Below are positions 51,601-60,600 of a stretch of 64,000 nucleotides of DNA, piece after piece (position 1 is the first letter of the stretch; each line of letters opens with the position of its first letter). The stretch comes from Vicugna vicugna (Eukaryota). The stretch spans positions 6,848,522 to 6,912,521 of the forward strand of contig MU058781.1 of NCBI GenBank assembly GCA_013265495.1, read 5' to 3'. The position numbers and the translations under genes are program-made. The notes under the pieces were generated by a model. That model saw only the letters and a program-made list of their open reading frames with translations, ran no database searches and was not told the origin of the DNA.

Positions 51601-54600
51601 TGTGCAGTCAGAGAAGCAAGGTGGGGAGGGTGGCATCATGAGTTGTAGCCTTTCCCGTTGGAGACAGTGAGGAACTTAGGTCTGCGGAGGAAGAATACTC
51701 AGGGACCTCTATTACTGCCTCCACTCTCTGGCCAGGTGATGAGGGAGACCCCCGGGAGACCCCCCTCCCCCTCGTGGTTAGGCAGTCGATTCCTCTGAGG
51801 AACCAAAGAGACGGTTAGTAGGGGGAACCTCCTTGAGCAGTTTGAAGGAGTGTTTCTCAAGTGAAAAATCTACAAATGAAATGACGGTTTTGCACATTTT
51901 CAGTTCCTACAACCAAAGAAGTGTAGCGTTTTGAGTCTCCATGAGATGGCCAGCGTCAGTAATTTGGAGGAGATAAAACAGTCTGAGTGTGGGACCATCC
52001 TGCTTTGGCCAAGTCCATGAAGTCTTACTTAGAATGACATATGATTTTTTTTTTAAATACGTAATAGTCATATCTTAGGGGAGTTAAGGGCCCATTTGCA
52101 ATGCTAAAGGAATTTTCTACATGCGTAAACATTTCATAGGACAGAATGACCTCTTTAAGTTAGTTTTTAATAGTGTTTTTTAATTTATGGAATACTGTTT
52201 ATTTTTTAAAATTTTTTTTTAATGGAGGTACTGGGGATTGAACCCAAAACTTTGTGCATGCTGAATGCACACTATGCCACTGAGCTATACCCTCCCCTCT
52301 GGAATACTGTTTAGTGAAAGCTTTCAAAATGCATTTCTTTTGCCGGCTCACCCATTCTTATTATTATGGGGTGTGAGAGGAACCATTTGGCAGGGCTTCT
52401 CCAGCAGACCGCTCGCTTCACTTCTTGCTGGAGTGAGGCCTGTTGGTTTTTGACATCTGCTTTGACTCCTGTTCACATTACCTTCTTAAAATTTAAGGAT
52501 GTTTCTCTAGTAATGTCGTAATACGTTAACCAGATACAAAACTCACGTAAGTGTGTCATTCTGCATTTATAATTCTGTGTTTGATGTGACTCTTCCATCC
52601 TGTTCAGCTTCCCTGATTGTCTTTCTAGGTGACTGTCCTGGAGGCCAAAGACAGAATTGGAGGCCGAGTGTGGGATGATAAGTCTTTCAAAGGCGTCACA
52701 GTGGGACGAGGTGCCCAGATTGTCAACGGCTGTATTAACAACCCAGTGGCACTAATGTGTGAACAAGTGGGTTTCAAATTAAGATTTGTGTTGTAAAGAA
52801 CAGAAAAAAATTGTCTCAGTTTGCTACTGTGTAGTATTAATATGCTTAGATAATACAGAACAATCCCAAATGATTTCTTGTTCCCTCTGAAAAGGAAATA
52901 AAACAAGTATAGTTCTTCCTTTCTTGGAAGGTGGAACTGGGAACTGAAAAGATTTCTCCCCTCTTAAGGTCTTCGGTTATATTCGTGCATTATTTGCAGG
53001 GTACTCAGTGAGCTCATTGTTTTAGGGTTGCCAGATTAAGCAAACAAAAATACAAGACTTCTCAGTTAAATTTGACTTTCAAATAAACAATAATTTTTTA
53101 GTGTAAGTAACGTCCCAAATATTGCACGGGATATTTTGCATGCAGTATTTGGGACATATACTAAAAAAAAGTATTTATTATTTATCTGAGAATCAAATTT
53201 AATTGGGCTTCCTGTCTTGCCTCAGGCAACCCTATATAGTTTCTCTGAAGACCTGGGGTAGGCCCAAGGTTTATTCTGAACTATATATTGACAGTCAGTT
53301 GAATTTCAACTTCTTTGAGTGTTTGTGTGTTTGTGTGTTCTTTTCCGTGAGATTTAGTAGAGGAGATAGAAATGTCAGAGCAGGGAGAGGCAGTGCCCAG
53401 CGGTGGCCTCTGAAACATCCTAAGTATTGGCTGGAAAGCTGTAGTGTGCGTGGCGTAGAAGCTGTCGCTGTCCCCTCCCAGTCTTAGATTCCAGGCTGTT
53501 TTTTCACTGCCCGACTTTGCTGCCGTCCCCTCCCCCAGCACCGTCAACATTTATTTTTGAGAGGTACTCGACCCTTTTCTCCATGAGAGCTCTGTCTAAT
53601 TTCCGCTTAGAACCTGTGCCTGTTTTTTCCAGGGAAACATTTTTCACCTTCTTATTCTTATTATTTTGAAGCTTGGCATCAGCATGCATAAATTTGGAGA
53701 AAGATGTGACTTAATTCAGGAAGGTGGAAGAATAACTGACCCCACTATTGACAAGCGCATGGATTTTCATTTTAATGCTCTCTTGGATGTGGTCTCTGAG
53801 TGGAGGAAGGATAAGACTCAGCTCCAAGATGTCCCTTTAGGAGGTATGGGGAGAATGGTTCTGATTTTTCCGTCTGAGTCTCATTCTAACCTAAGCTTGA
53901 TTAGCGGTAGCAGCATTCAACCACGAGGTGGGATGGATGCAATTCAGAATAGTCCTTGGGAGCAATCCTCTTGGACTGACCGGTCCACGAAGGGGAGCGG
54001 ACCTTCCTCACGGGAACTTGAGATGCGTGTGCGTGCTCACACACATCTTACTTTACACAACAGCCAGTGCTTTAAAAAGTCCCAGAGGGAACTTACTTTT
54101 AAGGAAACATGTGGTAAGCTCTAGGTGAATAACTAGCCACCATACAGTGACTTTTCTAAATAAGAGTTTCTGTATGCCAGCATTTCTCTTTTTTTTTCCT
54201 GAACAGTTGGTTAAAATTTATTTTTTTAAAGTAAATTTTGTTTAAGCATACAAGAATGTATACTATAATTTAGGAATTTTAATTCAAAATTTTTAGGCTT
54301 TGGTACTAAATAGACAGTATTAACCACAGTCCTTTAGAAGATACGACTGTAATAGCTCTTTTCCATAAGAGTGCCAGCTTAGATCTTACACGTTATGTTG
54401 CTTCTTAAATTGATATTTACTTACCCTGTGATTTTTATAACCTGAATGTATTCAGTTGTAGCTCTTGGAAGCATGTCAGGGTTTCTTAAAGTATGACCAT
54501 CTGAGCTCAGTGGGCAGGATTTTTGTAGCGGGGTTGGGGAGAGAAGGTCATTACGTTTATTTTATTTTATCACTATTATTTTTTATGGAGGTACTGGGGA

Positions 54601-57600
54601 TTGAACCCAGGACCTCTTGCATGCTAAGCACGTGCACTACCACTGAGCTATACCCACCCACCTCCCGGTTGGCAGGATATTAATTTGCTTCAACTGCATG
54701 TTTCTGTGCAAGGTTCTCAATTCTTCATCCTCATATATACACCATCTCTGTTTGGGGCAAACTTAGCAGCAGGGACTGTCTGTCTCTTCTTCTTATCCAC
54801 CACCCCTCCCCTCCTCCCTCCCCAACCCCTCTTCGACCTCAACCCTCCACCTCTGAGACCAACCCGCATTCTAATGGCCCTTAGTACGTGTTAATTGACA
54901 AACCATAACAGAACATTTTTAGAAACTTACTGGGGTCGACAGGGATCATTTAACCAAATGTGGTCATGTCCAGACCAAATGGTGAGTTGTCAAATTTTCT
55001 GGAGCTGAGGACAGTGACTAGACCAATGTGCAGGGTGCTCTCAGAATTTGGTTAGTGTTTTTGCACACGTGTGGGAGTCCCTGGGTGGGGTTTTCCTTAC
55101 GCTTCTTTTAGGGTCACCAAATAAAAATAATATATTTTTTATATTATGAAAATTATAATACTGCTTTGTCTTGGCCTTACTTAAAACAAGTTATTAAGGG
55201 AGAATCAGCAACACTTACTGTGTAAGTAGTTGTTTCATCTTATTAATATATTTTTTGAAAGGCTTTAATAATAGTGCACATATCTCTATATGAATTTACA
55301 GCTAGAGCCCACCTCGCAGTATGTCAGCTGTCTGACAGCTCATCTTATTAGCATTTAGCTGAAAAGACCAAAATATAAACACTAAGAAACTAGTGTGAAT
55401 TTCACAAAGCAAGTGTGCCAAAGCTTTTAAATATTATTATTTAATATTAATATAATAAATTAATATTAATACAATAAATACTATTATTAAAGAAATCACA
55501 TTAAGGCTTTTCTCATTCTGTTTATGCTTTAATTTTATATACTGTCTTAGCAATCTTGGTTCTTCCCAAGCCTCTACCAAGCCTAAAGGGAAACAGACTC
55601 CACAGCAGGGGGCAGGAATGGGATAGCTGCAGGAACGTGCTGAAAGTGCACGAGAACCCAGCAGTGTCGGGGCAGAAGCCTGGCACAGGTCCGGAGGTGC
55701 CATGGACGTGCCCTTACTACAGTCTAGCATAGGATGGAACATTTTAATGAGAGCCTTGAGCTGTCAAAAAAAAAAAATAACTGATACTCGGTTCTGTTTC
55801 TGTTCAAGCACATGCTTTGAGTCTGCAGGGCGCATGTTGGATGGTGGTCGCCCTGGGAAGGTTATTAAGAAGTAACCTGTCACGCTAAGATTTTTATGAT
55901 TTGTCAGGCATGAGCCTCCTCCCCGCCTCCAAAGAAAGAATCTAAGACAATCATTAGAATGGTATCTCAGGGCTGCGTCTGTGTAGATGAAAGTCCAGCT
56001 GAATGGGGTAGATAAGTGCTGGGTGTGTGATAACAAAGGAGCGATTCCTGAGGCTGGTAGTGGCCAGGCGATGCTGGTCTGTGAAGGATGGACAGCTCTG
56101 GGCAGCAGGGGGAGGGCAGTCCAGTGAGGGGAGAGGTAGGAGCGGGCTTCGCAGGGGTGACTTCTACCAGGAAAAGGTTGAGCAGCAGCTCTGCAGAGCC
56201 TGTAAGTGGGCAGGTTGTGGATGCTGTCTTTGGAAGGGCTTGAAATGTGCTAACACTATCTGGCTATGGATTTTGGAATTTATTACATAGGCAATGGAGA
56301 AGCAGCAATTAAAGTATTGAGACAGAAGGTTGGCATGGCAAAAGGCCATAATGGAATAATTGGAATGTTTGGGAGAGGAGCGAGCCAATAGTCAGTCTAT
56401 TACAGGTCCCCTCATTGAGGTGAGATGTTACAAGAACTTGACTTTAATGCGGTGGCCAGAAGGGGAAGGAAGCCTCTCCCTGTCTTTACATGTACAGGGG
56501 CTACTTTTCCAGTATCTCCAACAATAAAAGTTTCTCAACTAAGCAGAAACAAAACATGAAGATACAGAACTTGCATAGCTTTGTTCCCAGTTAAGATAAA
56601 CTCTTACTTCCTGAGAGAACCCCACCTTATCAAGACCTCCTTCCCTGAGTTTCCCTGGAAATAGGTCGTTAAAGTCTGGGGCTTTGTGGGTTGAAGGAGG
56701 TGGAACGCAAAAAACAAACAAATAAATAAATAATTTCGAGAATGATACTAAAGCTGTTTTCTCCTGCTTTGCTCCACTCCCATTACAGAAAAGATAGAAG
56801 AGATCTACAAAGCTTTTATTAAGGAATCTGGTATCCAGTTCAGTGAGCTGGAAGAGCAGGTCCTTCAGTTCCATCTCAGTAACCTGGAATATGCCTGTGG
56901 CAGCAGCCTCCACCAGGTGGGATTGGGTTTTGTGAAACGCGTGCTTCAAAAATGTGTTTCTGCGTGTGTCTGTGTTTTAGATGTCAAAATAGTGAGCTTG
57001 GCTTGGTCTGGATCAACAGAGATCAGTGGTTCTGCTGCTTAACAGTTCAAGAACCATGACTTTAGATTATGTGAACCCCACAGTGGTTCTGAAGTTCTGA
57101 AACCAGAATAGAGTATCCTCTGCAATTATGATCTGTCCCTCTTGCTAAAGTAAATTTACACTTGATTCGTATCACCAGCTGTGATCTTGGTACTTTGAAT
57201 AGAGGTTCCACGATGAGTCCTGGCTTAATTATCCTGCTTGTGACACTTGATGTTTCCATCTGATGATTCTTTAAGATTGAAATAACATTTTCCCCAAATC
57301 ATGCTGCATTTCAGCCTCTGTGGAGTTTCACGTTGAAGACACCTAGGCTGCGTGTTTGCATGCGGGGTTGATCGAATGCACTTTTCCTCTCCTAGAATTC
57401 TTTTGCGGGGCTGTTGATGTATATAATACACCTCTCATTTTAATCAGGCAATGGGTCCCTTGCCCAAGTCTTACCTACCTTCTGTTCTAAAATAAGCTTT
57501 CCTGTGCGTTACCCAGAGATTTCCTTCCCCGGCCAGAAGTACCACCTGGGTTTATCTGTTCGGCCCCAACCTCCTTCAGGTTTTGCCCTCTGCCCTCTGG

Positions 57601-60600
57601 CCTGGGGTGGCTTTTCCCACCCTGGGCTCCTTTTTGGTCTGCCAGGCACAGGCTCAAGGCTTTACACCACCTGTGTTTCCCAACCTCTCCTGATATTTCC
57701 CAGGTGTCTGCTTGTTCCTGGGACCACAATGAATTCTTTGCCCAGTTTGCTGGTGACCACACCCTCCTAACTCCTGGGTACTCTGTCATCATAGAAAAAC
57801 TGGCGGAGGGACTAGACATTCGGCTCAGATCTCCAGTGAGTATGGACAGCGGCTGGAGGCTCTGGCTGGGCCTGGCGTTTGGGGGATGTGAAGTTCGGGA
57901 CTTGTGGATGACACAGGAGACGGGTCCCTGCCTTGACAGTCAGCCAGTGACTCCAAGTGCTTTTGATACTGTGATCAGTAGCGTTATCCTTCCTAGTTAG
58001 GCTGCCACTGCTGTTCGGAAACAATAGTGGCTGAGATGCACTTTTATAATCAAGCGTTCAAGTTGCTCACCACCTCCCTGTCCCAGGGCACTTACAAATA
58101 CTCATAAATTTCCCTTTCAAATCTTCGTTCCTATGCAATTGTATTGTACATTGTCATAATCATAGAGGCAGTTATATATAAGTATCTATTTCACTTTACA
58201 CGGTGTTGTAAGGATTTTTTTCATTTTCTGACATCGTGTTTATACGTTTTAGTGGCTGCACGAAAGTTCCCTGAAGTAAGCGATAACTTACTTAGTTCTC
58301 TGAAGTGGTAACTGTTGTTGAGTTCCCTGTAGCCTTGGAAAGTAAACTCATGTAGCAAGAGAGCTGGAAAGGCTCCTGGATCACATGGTTCCATCCCTCA
58401 TCGTGTTTTTCATAATGGCTTTTCTTGAGCAGGTCCAGAGTATCGATTATTCTGGAGATGAAGTGCAGGTTACCACTACTGATGGGTCGGGGTGGACCAC
58501 GCAGAAGGTAAGCGCTGGGGTTCCCCTCGGTCTGCCAGGGGCCGGGGAGTAAGGGAGACCTGTTTTTCCCACCAAGCAGTTTACCTCTGGCCGTCTGCCT
58601 GGAGCCTTGTTTGACCTCTGGAGAGCTCTGTATCTGCACTTGGTTGTATGTGGATGTGCGAATCTCTTCTAGTTTTTCGATCACTGTATAGGTTCATGGC
58701 AGATGGAATTCTGAGTAGCGTTTCCCAGAGTGGTTTCTTGGGTACATTAGTTCTGAGAGTTGAACAAGAAAAGAAATTCTTTGGCCAAATAAGTTTATGA
58801 AGTATCATATACTACTGTCTACATTTAGGGTTAAATAAGAGCGTCTTAAAGGCTCTGAGAAGTCCTGTATTTAAAAAACCTGTTTTACTTTGTTTAATTC
58901 GGCGGTTTCCAAGTTGGTGGTGGTTTTGTTTTTGTAGCATAGAACCTTTTTCCAAAGCAAGAACACTCTTGTGTTTTTATCTAGAGACCAGCAGAAGTAC
59001 TTTTATATCATTTGAATTTTTTGTAAACAGCTTTAGTAGGCAGACAGTGAAAGGTGTTACGATGTAATATATGAAATCACACTGAGATTTCTGTAGTGTT
59101 GGAAAACAAAGTGTTGGGGTGAAGAGGGGTTAGTAAACTTCATGGGTTTATTTAAATTTAGCTGTATCTGAAGTGATTACCTGAAAGTGTAATTGATGAG
59201 CCATCACTAGTCGCTAGGCTAGCTATGTTTTATGCTTTTCAGTTAACTAAAAATATTTCCCAGTCCTCGATATTCATACAGAAATGAAGGATTGCATGTC
59301 AGATGGGAAAGGCAGGGTAGAGTGTATGAGTCCAGGAGGATGGGCCCCCGCATTATTCTTGCCACTAACTAGCTGGATAGTTAGTTATTGGTTGAATAGA
59401 CTCTGGACTAGCAGTGGTCCTCAGTCCTGGCTGCACCTTAGAATTACCTGGGAGGTGCTTAAAAAGAAAGTTTGCAAAGCCCCACCCCATAGAGGTTCTG
59501 GTTGCATTGATCTACTCATTTTTTAAAGCTTCCCAAGTGATTCCAACATGTGACCAGAGTGGAGAACCACTGGACAGCAGTGTCCTTATCTGTGGGTCCC
59601 CAGGTGAAAATCAGGCTAATACCTAACTAGTGGTAAAAAAAGATTTTTTTTTTAAATACCACCTTATAAAATTGCAAGTCAGCTGACGGCTCAGCCTCTT
59701 TGCACCTAGGGCAACACGCTCAGTGTGCTCATCCTGCTGGGTCACCCTCTGCCTGACCCTGTCCAGGCTCATTTGCCCTTCTTTCCTTGTGTTCTGGCTC
59801 TTTAGAGAAATTAGAGCATGATTTCAGGCTGTGATTCAAAGCCTGCTCTGAAATGATTAAAGCAAATGTTTTTATTTTTAGTAGTCAGTACACATCACAC
59901 GGTTTCAATTGGAAGTTTACCCAGCCTGTAAGTGGAAGATTTCCAACCTAACAGGATATACAGATAAACACTTGACAAACTATAATTCAATCTAGGCTGC
60001 TACCACTGAGACCTAGCGTTAGTTCCTTACCAGGGTTTGTTTATATCTTTTGCTGTTTTTTGGTCATTAAGAAAACATCTAGATCTTATTTCCCTGCAGT
60101 TCTTATATACCCAGGAGGGTAATTGTTCCTTTTTTTGGTTGCATGGTTTTTATCCATAACTGCACTGAGGAGAGAGAGCGTGCTTTGTACTTTATAAAAT
60201 TTTCACATGGCAGAAAATTACAGGACAGAGCTCTGAACTGCCTGTGTTCCTGGATTTGGGGTTCAAGCCAAACATACTAACTCTTTGATGAGGGCAGCGG
60301 TAGATATGGTCCTTGGTGTTTAGATCACTCTCATCCAACCGTGTTATCCTGCGCTGTAGATGATGGAAACATCTGGAAACACATATGCACACGCACGCGT
60401 GCGTGCACACACACACACGCATACATATACTTCCCAGACTCCCTTGCAGCTGAGGGTCTAAATACGAATTAGATCCAGCCAGTCAGATGAACTTGCATGA
60501 GATTTGGAAGGTGTAGTACGGCTTTTGCTTCACTTCTATCTCTGCTGCCAAGCAAAATGGTAGGTGTCGGGTCCTTCCACAGGAGGGACACTAGAGGTCC

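Noticed and set aside
55430..55490. Nearly pure A/T stretch with short palindromes
   Set aside because: Low-complexity intronic sequence; no further structure supports a function
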